Positions 47,443 through 61,203 are shown, numbered from the whole stretch's first letter. The stretch: DNA of 63,881 nucleotides, filler included, from Chiloscyllium plagiosum (GCF_004010195.1; 5 parts of 2 records of this genome joined end to end with filler, not necessarily neighbours in it); one strand, 5' to 3'. Notes: a model not told the origin generated them from the sequence alone. Made by a program: numbers and translations.

Positions 47443-48389
47443 TGTTGGATATTGTGTTTTAGATTATCTTTACTAACTCATCAGCTCACTATATTCATTA
47501 ATGCCGGGTTCCATTCATTTATTCATTCATTCATAACTCTTTACTAACCTGTTATTTACGATAACATGGTTTCATTCATTCATTTACAAAGACAATGTTT
47601 TGTAATATATTTTACTATTACAACATAGACTAAAATTAATACATCTCTTTCAACCTCAGGCCTATTTCTACATCAAAACTACCTCTGAATTGATGTCAAT
47701 ATCATAAACAATACCATGCCCATCAGCATCCACAAAACATTATAATATTAATGAGCCCTTAGCAACCATCTCTCAGACGTGAATACATTACAGAACACCA
47801 AACAGTTTCCCCAATTATTATGTACTTATTAAATACCTTTAACTGAACCATTATCCCTTTAAGAAACTAACTGTCAAAACAACACTTATGTGAAATTGCA
47901 TGAATAAATGAAACTCACTTTGGCGAATAGTAAACAAATCTCACAAACCAGCTGCGTTAATCAGTTTAATACCCTTTATTCTTTTATTAAGTACAGGTAC
48001 AAATTCGAACTTATTTCGAGCATATAGGCCTAGTATTTTTTACTAATATTTACTAACTTAAAAGACAAAGGGACCAACACCTTTTAAGACAAGACAGACA
48101 TGCTTAATCCTATCAGGAGTAGCAGCCAGCACTGAGCACATGTTTTAACCCAACTCCTGTCTCCCAGGACGGAAATCCCTCAAACCTTTGTGTACTATAG
48201 TTAAAACAATGTAGCTCCATAATAATGGAATTTTAATATATGTAAGAACTTTGTACAAAAAGGGTAGTGAACGAATTGTATTTCAGGATTCTATTGCCCT
48301 CTTGAAATTGTGCTACTTCTCATTGCTGAATAAAGAAGGCTTTTTTCACCACTCACCGATTTTGGTCGTTATTTGAACACAATCTCACA
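47443..48389 (+). mobile_element. Solo LTR (947 bp)
   Basis: TG...CA termini, 4-bp TSD AAGT at 47439-47442 and 48390-48393, AATAAA ~60 bp from the 3' end. Confidence 0.7.
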
Positions 48390-48539
48390 AAGTCATGGCA
48401 CAGTATCATATTCTGCTGTTTACAGCTCAGAAAACCTCTTTGATGATCTAGGTTCTCAATCCTATCACAAGGTACAAAATCAATGTTAATATCTTCTGGG
48501 GTCATTCCTCCTGACTGTGTGACACTATGCTGACCCTAC

Positions 48540-48860
48540 AGGACCATAACATGGGGGTATAATCTGAAAATTAGGGCTAGACAATTCTGGAGAGATGTTA
48601 GGAAGCACTTCTACACACAGATGGTGGTAGAGGTTCGGAGCTCTCCTCAACAAATGGTCGTTGATGCTAGGTCAATTTTTAATAAGTTTAATTTCAATAG
48701 GTTAATTGTAAATCTGAGATTTTTTTGTTAAGCAAAGGTATTGAATGAAAGTTATGGGTCAAAAGTAGGTCAATGGAGTTAGGCCACAGATCAGCCTTGA
48801 TCTCATTGTATGGCAGAACAGGCTTGAGGGACTGAATGGCCTACTCCTGTTCCTAGGATA
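48540..48860 (+). mobile_element. CR1 3' end
   Basis: DVRKHFYTQ.VV; tail gaatggcctactcctgttcct. Confidence 0.7.
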
Positions 48861-49259
48861 CATATGTAAATAAATCTGTAGGAACAAATTACTGCAGATG
48901 ATGAAATCTGTACTGAAAGCAACAGATGTTGGAGGTTACACTGGGTCAGACAGCATCCATGGAGAGAGAGCAAGCTAATGTTTAGGGTCTAGATGACTCT
49001 TCATCAGAGCAGCTGTCTGATCTGCTGTGATTCCCAGCATTCATTGTTTTCAGTGTATATAAATCTGACTGTCAGGATGTTTGTTGCTCTCCCAGGTTTG
49101 GCAGGTTGCTATTTGAGAGGAGGACTTTCAAGGTCAACTAAATAGTGCATACTTTTATGGTGTCCAAATCTGATACCCAGTTGAAGGCTGAGTGGTTCAG
49201 GCAATATTATTTCTTTATCACTTCCTCAAGTAGGTTTTTGTATGATAGTGTGGATTCCT

Positions 49260-49515
49260 TAGCTCTTAGAGTGGGTCTCCAGTCACACATAGAATAGATT
49301 GGATCAAAGTGCATGTTTCCTTCCCTAAAGGAGATTCATTAATCAGAGGGCTTTCGCAACAATCTTTAAACTCCAAGGTGAACATTACTGACACAGAACA
49401 TTATCCCAATATCTGTTTAATTAGCGGAATTCAAATTTGCAAAATGCCATTATGGGAACTGAAATCAAGTCACCAGGCCCCTGGATGATAAATGGATCCA
49501 GAAGCATAACCACAA
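49260..49515 (-). mobile_element. Old tRNA-derived SINE of a second family
   Basis: Minus-strand head gtggttatgc..; core tcctttagggaaggaaa; recognised by eye only. Confidence 0.45.
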
Positions 49516-50669
49516 AGGTCATATACACAAAATTAAAATGGGATTAAATCCCAGGGAATTAAAGGATGCTATGACTGGCACTTTAAAAACTAAATTTGAA
49601 CAGTTTTTGTCAAAAATATAATGACACTGACATGGGAATCTGGAAAACATACCCACAGGTCTCAAATCAACAATGAGTGTTGGAAAGGAGATAAAGGTCC
49701 AGATCTGGACCAGCGAATTTTGGAAACCAGGATCCACTGCTCTCTGTTCAGTTGGTGTCTGCAAGGTCAGAATGGAAAAGTAACTAATGCATATTACATG
49801 GACTTAGAATCAGAGTGATGTCCTGATACATTTTTGATCGCTTGGGAAGTTCGGGAACATAATTACAAGAGCTACTTTCCCTGAAATTGATCTGTTTCTT
49901 CAAGTCTCCAAGCATTAATGTGAGAGACCATCAGAAAAGTTATATATACCGCACTTCTGAATTCAACAGAGATATATAGACAGGCTGGATTAATTAGAGG
50001 AGCTTTCCCTGCTTAGTATTTCCCTAGTGTACTGATGTTTTGAGGATCATATTATTTCAATGACTTAAATGTAAAAAAATTGAACATCTATAAATAAATG
50101 TGAAAGTAAAAGTAACTAACTGTGTTTTATGATTTATGTCCAGAACACAGTAGCAAGTTGATAAGAGAAAACAAATAATAATCCCCCAATGGGGGATGGT
50201 AGACTGTCACAGGGCTCAGCTACAGGCTGGGTGAGTGCATCGGACAGGTTACAGGTACAATACATAATGTACACATATAAATAAAAAAGGATGGCCAAGT
50301 GAAGGCTGTACTCTCAGTATCTGTTATTGAGGAGTAGTAATCACAATAAGGTTTTACCTTTTCAGACCACCATTAAATTCCATATTTCTGGCCGTGTCTT
50401 CCAATCCTGACTTCCTCAGAAATGCAGAGTGTATCTGAAATCTAACTGCTTCCTCATAGAACTGGAACATCAAGGGAAGACCACATCACTTTTATAGGCA
50501 ACAGCTAGACCATGCTCGTCATTACACATTCACTGGCACACTGCAAAGCATTAGGACAGTTAAACCCTGGGGGAAATGTCCGAGATAACATAACCATTTT
50601 AGGGAAGCTCAAGACAATTCCAGTGTCCCTGGGAGTGCGCAAAAATCACATGACCCTTGAAATGAATCA

Positions 50670-52960
50670 CTGGTGTCAGGTATAGACAGGATAGATCGTG
50701 TGAATTCTTAGAAGAGTACAAAGGAAGTAGGAGTATACTTAGGAGAGAAATCAGAAAGGTAAAAAGGGGACATGAGATCGCTTTGGCAAATAGAGTTAAG
50801 TAGAATCCAAAGGTTTTTACAAATACATTAAGGACAAAAGGGTAACTAGGGAGAGAATAGGGCCCCTCAAAGATCAGCAAGGCGGCCTTTGTGTGGAGCC
50901 GCAGGAGATGGGGGAGATACTAAACAAGTATTTTGCATCAGTATTTACTGTGGAAAAGGGGACGGAAGATATAGACTGTAGGGAAATAGATGGTGACATC
51001 TTGAAAAATATCCATATTACAGAGGAGGAAGTGCTGGATGTCTTGAAATGCATAAAAGTGGATAAATCCCTAGGACCTGATCAGGTGTACCCTAGAACTC
51101 TGGGAAGCTAGGAAAGTGATTGCTTGGTCTTTTACTGAGATATTTGTATCATCGATAGTCACAGGTAAGGTGCCAGAAGACTGGAGGTTGGCTAACATGG
51201 TGCCACTGTTTACAAAAGGTGGTAAGGACAAGCCAAGGAATTATAGACCAGTGAGCCTGATGTCGGTGGTGGGCAAGTTGTTGGAGGGAATCCTAAGGGA
51301 CAGGGTGTTCATGTAATTGGAAAGGCAAGGACTGATTAGAGATAGTCAACATGGCTTTATGCATGGGAAATCATGTCTCACAAACTTGATTGAGTTTTTT
51401 GAAGAAGTAACAAAGAGGATTGATATGATCTATATGGACTTCAGTAAGGCGTTTGACAAGGTTATCCATGGGAGACTGTTTAGCAAGGTTAGATCTCATG
51501 GAATACAGGAAGAACTAGCCATTTGGATACAGAACTGGCTCAAAGGTTGAAGACAGAGGGTGGTGGTGGAGGGCTGTTTTTCAGACTGGAGGCCTGTGAC
51601 CAGTGGAGTGCCACAAGGATCGGTGCTGGGTTCACTACTTTTCATCATTTACATAAATGCTTTGGATGTGAGATAAGCGGTATAGTTAGTAAGTTTGCAG
51701 TTGATACTAAAATTGGAGGTGTGGTGAACAGTGAAGAATGTTACCTCAGATTACAATGGGACCTTGATCAGATGGGCCAATGGGCTGAGAAATGGCAGAT
51801 GGAATTTAATTTAGATAAATGTGAGGTGCTGCATTTTGGGAAAGCAAATCTTAGCAGGACTTACGGACCACTGTTGGAATATTGCGTGCAATTCTGGTCT
51901 CCTTCCTATTGGAAAGATGTTGTGAAACTTGAAAGGGTTCAGAAAAGATTTACAAGGATGTTGTCAGAGTTGGAAGATTTGAGCTATAGGGAGAGGTTGA
52001 ATAGGCCAGGGCTGTTTTCCCTGGAGTGTCGGAGGCTGAGGGGTGACCTTATAGAGGTTTGCAAAATCATGAGAGACATGGATAGGGTTAAACTCCCTGG
52101 GATGGGGGAGTCCAGAACTAGAGGGTATAGGTTTCAGGTGGAAGGGGAAGGATATAAAAGAGACCTAAGGAGCAACATTTTCACACAAAGGGTGGTACGT
52201 GTATGGAATGAGCTGCCAGAAAAGGTGAGGTAAAAACAATGACTGCAGATGCTGGAAACCAGATTCTGGATTAGTGGTGCTGGAAGAGCACAGCAGTTCA
52301 GGCAGCATCCAAGGAGCAGCGAAATCGACGTTTCGGGCAAAAGCCCTTCATCAGCCTCCTTCACCGCTGTTCCCTCACCACCAGACGCCTGGAGGAAGAA
52401 CGCCTCATCTTCCGCCTCTGGCATCAATGTGGATTTCAACAGTTTCCTCATTTCCCCTTCCCCCACCTCATCCTAGTTCCAAACTTCCAGCTCAGCACTG
52501 TCCCCATGACTTGTCCGGACTTGTCCTACCTGCCTATCCCATTTCCCACCTATCTACTCCACCCTGTCCTCCCTGACCTATCACCTGCATCCCCTCCCCC
52601 ACTCACCCATTGTACTCCATGCTACTTTCTCCCCACCCCCACCCTCCTCTAGCTTATCTCTCCACGCTTCAGGCTCTCTGCCTTTATTCCTGATGAAGGG
52701 CTTTTGCCCGAAACGTCGATTTTGCTGCTCCTTGGATGCTGCATGAACTGCTGTGCACTTGCCAGAAAAGGTGGTGGAGGCTAGTACAATTGCATCATTT
52801 AAAAGGCATCTGAATGGGTATATGAATAGGAAGGGTTTGGAGGGAAATGTGCCAAGTGCTGGCAGGTGGGGCTAGATTGTGTTGGGATATCTGGACGGCA
52901 TGGATGAATTGGACCAAAGGGTCTGTTTCCATGCTATACATCTCTATGACTCTATGACTC
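50670..52960 (+). mobile_element. CR1/HER1 LINE, 5'-truncated, with (TCTATGAC)n tail
   Basis: VPEDWRLAN, NYRPVSL, QHGF..GKSCLTNLIEFF, YMDFSKAFDKV, KFAVDTK; internal deletion near 51865. Confidence 0.93.
52228..52759. mobile_element. Penelope 3' end with inverted pLTR, 14-bp TSD
   Basis: TSD tgccagaaaaggtg at 52214-52227 and 52760-52773; CTGATGA-aGGGC-tttt-GCCC-GAAAC at 52690-52714, with an antisense copy at ~52330-52354. Confidence 0.88.
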
Positions 52961-53474
52961 ATCAAACCTGTCATTCTTCTTGAAATAACTTTTTAAAAAC
53001 TCACAAAAGGGACTATGTTACCACACTCAGTACATGTTGTAAGTTTGTTCAATAGTAAGATAACAGTCATAGAGTTATAGACATATACAGCACAGATACA
53101 GACCCTTCGATCCAACTCATCAGGTCAGACAATCAGGAATAAACCCCACAATGTGTCAATGGATGAATATAAAAATGAATGATTAATGTGTAGGTGTGTA
53201 GTAAGTGGTAGAGCAAGGGGAAGTAAGCTGTAGAGTGGGTGAAATAGGAGGACAAAAGGACGGGTTAGAGTCATGGGGTGACGTAAATAAATATAAGGGG
53301 GTAAGGGTAGATGAGGTGCGTGACAAACGGGTAGTGGATAGGGCTTTGTCGAGTAGGCAGATGGGTAAGAAGCAGCAGGTGGGTAGAACCATAAAGTCAT
53401 ACAGCATAGAAACAGGCCTTCTGGCCCATCATGTCTGTGCCAACCAACAAACACCAAACTATACAAATTAAAAA

Positions 53475-53790
53475 AAACGAAGGGCTGCAGATGCTGGAAA
53501 TCAGAAACAAAACAATTTGTTGGAAAAGCTCAGCAAGTCTGGCAGCATTGTGGAGAGAAAGCAAGAACTGGCATTGGTATATATGCTAAAGAAGGGGGAT
53601 AGAGAAGGGGGAAGGAGTAAACAATGGATGGAGATGGAGCCCAGAGAGTGAGAGAAACACAGTTGAATAGACAAAGCAATGGATAAAGGTCAGCCTGGGA
53701 GAATGCATAGCTGTTAATGGGGACCATTAGTAGCTGAAAATGGATTATTTGTGCTGGCAGCACATGTGATGACAAGGTTAAGGACATGGG
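53475..53790 (-). mobile_element. Older Penelope-like 3' terminal fragment
   Basis: ctgcagatgctggaaatc..ctcagcaagtctggcagca followed by a purine-rich tract like 40060-40170. Confidence 0.55.
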
Positions 53791-53794
53791 AGAG

Positions 53795-54920
53795 GGATTT
53801 TGTCACAAATTTTCAAATCATCTGTAAGCTTACTTGTTATACCTTCTATATTTACATCTAAGTTAGTAATGTAAACAACAAATAGCAAGGATCCAGCACT
53901 GATCCCTGTATATCACTCCTCATAGGCTTCAAACCACAAAACAACCCTGCACCAGGACCCTTTGCCTCTTATTTGCAAACCAATTTTGGATCCAGTTTAC
54001 CAACTTGCCTTGAATGCCAAGGGCTCTTATTTTCTGAACCACCCTTCCACATGGGACCTTGACAAAGGCCTGACTGAAGTCCATGTAAACCACAAAATTT
54101 GCACTATCTTTATCAACATATTTAGTCACCTTTTCAAAACACTCAATTAAATTAATCAAACAGGATATCCCTCAAACAAATTTGTCCTGACTACCCCTAA
54201 TCAATCACTGCCTTTCCAAATGTTGATCATAGAATCCCTACAGTGTGGGAACAGGCCCTTCGGCCCAACAAGTCCACACTGGCCCTCTGAAGGGTAAGTC
54301 ACCCAGACCCATTCCCCTACCCTATATTTAACCCTGACTAGTGCACATCACCTACCTGAACACTATGAGCAATTGAGCATGGCCAATTCACCTCACTTGC
54401 ACATCTTTGGATTGTGGGAGGAAATAGGAGTACCTGGAAGAAACTCACGCAGACACGGGGACAATGTGCAAACTCCACACAGACAATCGCCGGAGGTTGG
54501 AATTGAACCCAGGTCCCTAACGTTCTGAGGCAACAATGCTAACCACTAAGCCACCGTGTCGCACCCCACCCCCCCACAACTGAGCCACCGTGCCTCCGAA
54601 TATTTTCCATTAACTTTCTTACCACTGATGTCAGACTAACTGGTCTGTATTCATTTAGCTTTGCCCTACTTCCCTTAAGGAACAAAAGAATCATGTTAGC
54701 TACTTCCAATCATCTAGCTCTTCATATGTGGCCAGTGAAGTATTAAAAATCTCTGTCAGGGCCCCAGCAATCTTCGATCAAATTGCACTGATCCCATTTA
54801 CCTGCACTTGGGCCATAGTCTCCTATGCCCTTACATTTTAAGAGCTCATCCATGTTTCTTAAATGTTGCAAGAATACCTTTCTCCACCAACCTCCAAGCA
54901 GCACGTTCTATATTTTCACC
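53795..54920 (-). mobile_element. CR1 fragments interrupted by HE1
   Basis: NLIECFEKVTK..VYMDFSQAFVKVP..WIQNW on minus strand. Confidence 0.8.
54228..54595 (-). mobile_element. HE1-type SINE with duplicated 5' head
   Basis: act(a/g)agccaccgtg occurs at ~54545 and ~54579. Confidence 0.88.
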
Positions 54921-55442
54921 ATAGTATGAATTGCCATAGTAGCTGAGTACGGTAATCAGGGGATAAAAGGGGGATTGATTAGTCCTAGGCATTTGGGGTG
55001 TGTGAGAGGGTTGGTCATGGGGGTGGGTGACAAGTGAAGGGAGGAGGTTGGGGATGCCATGGTGATAGCTGTATAGTTATCCCAGAGTTAGACCAGGAAT
55101 TTCCACCTACTTTTCTTGGGTAGCTACACAGGTGAGTAAGTAAGATGGTCCATGGTCTCTGTTTCTAACCAGTTAGCAGGGGCATTCCTGTGCAATTTGA
55201 AAGGAGTTAGTGCTTCGTGATTTTGGTGAGATCATTTTTTTTTTAGATCACATACCTTGGCCTCCACCAATTTGGAGACTGGAAAATCTGAGTTAACATT
55301 GATTCGCCCAGTGACTGTCCATCATCTCCCAGTATTGTTTCTTGGAGTGGACAAAGAGAAAGTCCCTTCAGGATGACTCACTTGCGTTTTCCTTTTCACC
55401 ACATGTTGTGTATGTTCCTTTCAGAGCAGATTAACAGTTATC

Positions 55443-55533
55443 GCTGATGAAGGGCTTTTGCCTGAAACATCGATTTTCCTGCTCCTAGGATGCTGCCTGA
55501 CCTGCTGTGCTTTTCCAGCAACACACTCTTGAC
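55443..55533 (+). mobile_element. Penelope pLTR fragment
   Basis: CTGATGA..GAAAC core at 55444-55468. Confidence 0.7.
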
Positions 55534-55964
55534 TGATTGAGTATCATACTCAAGGTGTATGATGGTGCATTCAATAAATTCAAAGCTTAGAAGGACTAAG
55601 GTTATGGTGGACAGGAAGAAAAGTAGAGCTGAGGCAGAGATCAGATCAGCTAGGGTCCAATTCACCAGCAGAACCAAGTCAAGGGAGTTAATTGGCCTAC
55701 CCTTGTTCCCATTTGTTACATTCTATGTTCTAGATCATTGAATATAATCAACAGAATCCCTAATGGGGTAAAAAAAAACATATAGTCTTGCTTTTGATGT
55801 TGCTTCCTGGAAGAGTGCACATCTGAGCTTATAACACATGGGCAAAACAATGTTAGAAGTAGTGCATGTTGAAAGTTACAACAGTTCATGATTACAAAGA
55901 AATTAGATGCAAAATTATAGTAGCAGAGATGATAAACAAAGATGCTTCTTTCATTGTGTTGAAT

Positions 55965-56330
55965 TGAATTAAATCGAATTTATTGTCATTTATTTACTGA
56001 GGCACTGTGAAAAGTTTTATCTGGCGAGCAATACAGGTAGATCACAGAGTTAAATACCACAGATATGTAAATAGTAGGTAAGCAGCAGCAAAACAAAAAT
56101 ACAGGTACAGGCGAATGCTAAGAGTTCATGAGTCCATTCAGTATTCTAACAATGATAGGGTAGAAACTGGTGCATGTGTTCAGCTGGTGCATGTGTTCAG
56201 GCTTTTGTACCTTCTCCCCAATGGTGGAGATTGTAGAAAAGCATTACCACAGTGGGATGGATCTTTGAGAATGCTGGTGACCTTTCCTTGACTGTGGGCC
56301 TGGTAAATGGATTCTCAAGATGGGAGGTTG
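55965..56330 (-). mobile_element. Rex1/Babar-like LINE 3' end
   Basis: tttattgtca tail; minus strand SILKDPSH.G..F..L..GRRYKSL motif. Confidence 0.7.
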
Positions 56331-56581
56331 ACAAAGTTTGTGGGAAGATTTGTAGCTCGGGTGCTCGTTGCTGTGGTTCTGTTCGCCGAGCTGGAAGTTT
56401 TTGTTGCAAACGTTTTGTCCCCTGTCTAGGTGACATCCTCAGTGCTTGGGAGCCTCCTGTGAAGCGCTTCTGTGGTGTTTCCTCCGGCATTTATAGTGGT
56501 CTGTCCCTGCCGCTTCCGGTTGTCAGTTTCAGCTGTCCGCTGTAGTGGCCGGTATATTGGGTCCAGGTCGAAGTGTTTGTT
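56331..56581 (-). mobile_element. Penelope (Poseidon-like) 3' end, cut by gap
   Basis: Near-identical to 42779-43030. Confidence 0.85.
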
Positions 56582-56681
56582 NNNNNNNNNNNNNNNNNNN
56601 NNNNNNNNNNNNNNNNNNNNNNNNNTTAATTAATTAANNNNNNNNNNNNNNNNNNNNNNNNNNNNNNNNNNNNNNNNNNNN
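56582..56681. other. Artificial scaffold linker
   Basis: 44 N + TTAATTAATTAA + 44 N. Confidence 0.97.
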
Positions 56682-57470
56682 ATACACTTAATGGTAAGGT
56701 CCTAGGGAGTGTTGCTGAACAAAGAGACCTTGGAGTGCAGGTTCATAGCTCCTTGAAAGTGGAGTCGCAGGTAGATAGGATAGTGAAGAAGGTGTTTGGT
56801 ATGCTTTCCTTTATTGGTCAGGGTATTGAGTACAAGAGTTGGGAGGTCATGTTGCAGCTGTACAGGACATTGGTTAGGCCACTGTTGGAATATTGCATGC
56901 AATTCTGGTCTCCTTCCTATCGGAAAGATGTTGCGAAACTTGAAAGGGTTCAGAAAAGACTTACAAAGATTTTGCCAGGGTTGAAGGATTTGAGCTTTAG
57001 GAAGAGGCTAAATAGACTGGGGTTATTTTTCCTGAAGCGTCAAAGGCTGAGGGGCAACCTCATAGAGGTTTATAAAACTATGAGGAGTATGGATAGGATA
57101 AATAAACAAAGTCTTTTCCCTGGGGTGTGGAAGTCAAGGTTTAGGGTGAGAGCGGAAAGATATAAAAGAGGCCTCTGGGGCATAGGTTTAGGGTGAGAGG
57201 GGAAAGATATAAAAGAGGCCTCTGGGGCAACTTTTTCACGCAGAGGGTGGTATGTGTATGGAATGAGCTGCCAGAGGAAGTGGTAGAGACTAATACGATT
57301 GCTACTTTTAAAAGCCATCTGGTTGGGCATATGAATAGGAAGTCTTTGGAGGGATATGGGCCGGGTGCTGGCAGATGGGACTAATTTAGATTGGGATATC
57401 TAGTCAACATGGATGAGTTGGACCGAAGGGTCTGTTTCCGTGCTGTGCATCTCGATGACTTTATGACTCT
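56682..57470 (+). mobile_element. CR1/HER1 3' end with internal ~47-bp tandem duplication
   Basis: LYRTLVRPLLEYCMQFWSP; duplication at 57137-57230. Confidence 0.9.
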
Positions 57471-57471
57471 A

Positions 57472-60400
57472 AATGACAAACATGAACAACAAGGTGAAGA
57501 TGGGGTGGCTTCAAAGGTGAAACAAAAGATAACCAGATGAGAAATATTTGCAACATTATTAAAAGCAGGAATAGAGAAGAGTAAAATAGACAGAATATCT
57601 TACAGATAACATGTACAATATGTGGAGGGCTCACTACTCTCCAAAGGATAAGGAAGTAAGAGAGACTAAATCAGATGTGGAGGGAGGAAAGGAAATCAGA
57701 CTGACTGCATCTTCCACAATATCCATAGACCCCAGCCTGCAGGAGGTCGGGCAGTTGTGGTGAGCCAGCCAGTCAATTGTTTGGGGTGAGGCTGGGACCC
57801 TGGGGTCTGTGTAAGGGTGTTTGTTGGGATGATCAGAGACCTGAGGCCTCATGTCCTTGTCACTGTTTATTGGAGGAAAGGCAACATACAATGAGACAGC
57901 ACATTATTAGATACTGGTCTAGAAGGTATTATTTTACATGGCAATGCTCATTGACACGTTGGGCTCAGAACAACTATTAATGGATTTGATGCAGCAGTAA
58001 CACCAGCAATTAGAACAAATGTTAGAATAGCCTTGGGAAATGGTTCCCATATGTAGTCTTGGTATTGATAACCAACAAACCAGAAAATTTTATTGCTATG
58101 GACTTATTAAGAGGACCCCACTGGGCAAATTCTCTTTTAGTCAAAGAGCTGTGACAAGGCAAAATGGGAACTCCTCATTGTTTCTTGGCCCACAGTTTCT
58201 CGATGAAACAGTAGCATATTCTGGGAGGACAGAAGTAAATCGTGGATATTCTACAGAGCTGGTCAGCTCTGGATAAGGTGACACATGTAATATCTGTGTA
58301 CAATAGCCCTATTTGGCCTGTAAAGGAGTCTGATGGAAGTTGGCAAATGACAGTTGATTACTGCCAACTCAACAAGCATGCTCTTCCACTGTCAGTGGCC
58401 CTGTCTGATGTGGTCACTGTTATAGAAAGTATTGTCACAGGGGCCAGATGCCATTATTGATCTGGCATATGCCTTTTTCTTGATACTGATAGCCCCAGAA
58501 TCACAAGCTCAGTTTACTTTTACATGGGAAGATTGCCAATATACCTCCTGTCAGCTGCCACAAGGTTACCTACACAGTCCAACCTAATGCCATGGGCTAG
58601 TAGCAAGGAACTTATTTATGTGTCTGCTGCCACCAGCCATTCATGTAGCACATTATATTGATGATATCTTGACCTGCGGATGAATGGAAACTACAGTGGC
58701 AGAAACTGTAGCTACACTGGTGCAGCATATACGAGACAGAGGCTGGGAAGTGAACCCGAAGCAGATACAGGGACCAGTACAATTGGTGCAGTTTTTGGGC
58801 ATTTGGTGTACAAAAGGGGATACAGTCATCCCTGATAAAGTAAAGAATAAAATACAAGAAAAGACTGTTCCAACTAGCAAGGCTGAAGCACAGAAATGTA
58901 TAGGTCTGCTTGGATATTGGTGCAGACATATACCTCAGTTGACCACATTACTAAGACCTTTATATACCATTCCGCAAAAGAAAGCTCAGTTTGAATGGGC
59001 AGCAGAAAGCATTTATGGCCACTAAAGAGGCCATAGTACTAGCACATTCCCTGGCTCCTCAGATACCTGGCTTACCCTTTGAATTACATGTGACAGGAGT
59101 ACAAAATGTAGCCACGTGGAGCTAATGGCAGAGACAAAACAGGAAAGCGGTACCTTAAGTTTTCTGATCTTAAAAACTAACTGAAGCAGCTACATATTGC
59201 ACACCATTTGAAAAGCAACTTCTGGCCTGCTATTGGACCCCAGTAGAAACTGAAGGGCAGATGGATGATGATGCAGTACTCCTCAGACCTGAATTAACAA
59301 TTCTGACATGGGTATTATCTGAGTTGTGACCCACACGGCTGGTAGAGCCCAAAAATGTTCCGTTGCAAAACGGAAATGGTACATAATTGATCGAGCCAAG
59401 AAGGGGCAGGAAGGGGCAACCAACTCCACGAACAAATAGCGATTGCCCACCAGATGAACAAACTCTGGGTTCTGACCTGGCCATACCTGCAACTCCCGTT
59501 CAATGGGGTGTTTCATTTGAACAATTGCCCAAAGATACTCTTCACTGTGCTTGGTTCACTGATGGACCAGCCACTTGGGAGAATGTCTAGCGGTGGTGAG
59601 CAGCTGCATTTAATCCCTCCACACAGACAATTATACATAGTGAAGAATATGGGGGATTGAGCCAGTATGCCGAATTAGCAGCTGTGGCCCTAGTGCTAGA
59701 GGAGGAGAGTCAGTGTTTGCACATTTATACTGCCTCATGGATGGTGGCTAATGTACAGATGTCAACCTTGCAGTCACATGACTGGGAGGTTGCTGAAAAG
59801 CCTCTATTGGTAACAGAACAATGAAAACAAATGTGGGCAAAGGTACAGCACAAGAAAATTACTGTGCACCATGTTGATGCCCATATGAAGGATGGTTCAG
59901 TATCTGCTGATCACAACAATGCTGGAGTTAGAATAGTAAGAGCCAGAACAGTTGAAGATGCAACAGAAGAGTACCACACGGGAAAATGTGCTCTTGAAAA
60001 ATCTAGACATGTAGAGCATCACAGCACTGTGAAATGGGCAAGAGATTAAAGTTTGCACTTACCCCTGATCTGGCGAAAGGAATCATTGGCAGGTGTGAAA
60101 TATCTAATGTATCACTGCAAAAAAAAGCCAATAGCAGTAATCAGACAAGGAGATCAGCCTGCTCAAATCTGGCCCATTACCATTATGACAACAATATAAA
60201 TATCTGTTCACCATGGTGGAAACTTATTCTGGGATAATTCTAGCTTTCCCAATGTCTAAAGTCAATCAGAGTAACACTGTTAACGGCCTAGAACAGCTGA
60301 AATCATACTTTGGCATGCCACCATAAGTACAATCAGATAATGGCTCATACTTTACAGGTCAGCAGGTGCAGCAATGGGTTGCAGACAATGGGATAAATTC

Positions 60401-60885
60401 GGTGTTCCACATTCCTCATCATCCTCAAGCAGCTGGCCTTGTATATTGAATGAATGGATTATTAAAACAACAAATTAAATTATTGACCTCTAATCGTACA
60501 TTACAAGGATGGCTCAAAGTGTTGCCACAGGCATTGTATAATCTGAATAACCTGCCACTGAAAGGAGAAACACCCATGAGTAGAATGTTTGAAGGAGGGG
60601 GTCAGTTACATCCTCCCACTAAACTTGCTGCAAGTGATGACCTTTGTACAGGAGGAAAAGTGTGGGTGCGCCCCCAACAACACCCTACTAAATTGGGAGA
60701 GACACTTGCCCATTGGCAAGGTGATAGCTATTGGATATTGATAACCGGGCAGGAAGTACCAGCGTGTATAGACAGAGGGAAGTTAACGATAGAGAGTGAA
60801 TTGTCAAAGATTGTACACTGATATGATTTCTTCACTGAACCATGTGAATTTATTATGGATGGATTCTGCTGTGGATGATTCATCA
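57472..60885 (+). mobile_element. pol: Endogenous retrovirus, class III (ERV-L/ERV-S-like): possible gag remnant plus decayed pro-pol
   Basis: Protease LDTG (~57907). RT YNSPIWPVKESDGSWQMTVDY, IDLAYAFF, LPQGY.HSP, HYIDDIL, GWEVNPKQIQGP. Tether PFELHV / FEKQLLACYW. RNase H AWFTDG, SQYAELAAV, VHHVDAH. Integrase VQSDNGSYF, FHIPHHPQAAGLV..MNGLLK. Many stops; no LTR or env seen. Confidence 0.88.
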
Positions 60886-60888
60886 GTT

Positions 60889-61203
60889 TAGATTAGATTC
60901 CTCACAGTGTGGAAAAAGGCCTTTCGGCCCAACCAGTCCACACCAACCCTCCGAAGAGTAACCCACCCAGATCCACTTCCCTTTGACTAATGCACTTAAC
61001 ACTATGGGCAATTTTGCACGGCCAATTCACCTGACCTGCACATCTTTGAACTGTGGGAGGAAACCAGAGGACCCAGAGGGAACCCATGCAGGCACAGGGA
61101 GAATGTGCAAACTCCACACAGACAGTTGCCCAAGGCTGGAATCGAACCTGGGACCTGCTGCTGTGAAGCAGCAGTGCTAACCACTGAGCCACCATGCCAC
61201 CCT
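60889..61203 (-). mobile_element. HE1-type SINE
   Basis: Reverse-complement HE1. Confidence 0.9.

Noticed and set aside
50358..50434. 77-nt minus-strand candidate exon (IHSAFLRKSGLEDTARNMEFNGGLK)
   Set aside because: Weak polypyrimidine tract, unrecognised peptide and no supporting neighbouring exons.
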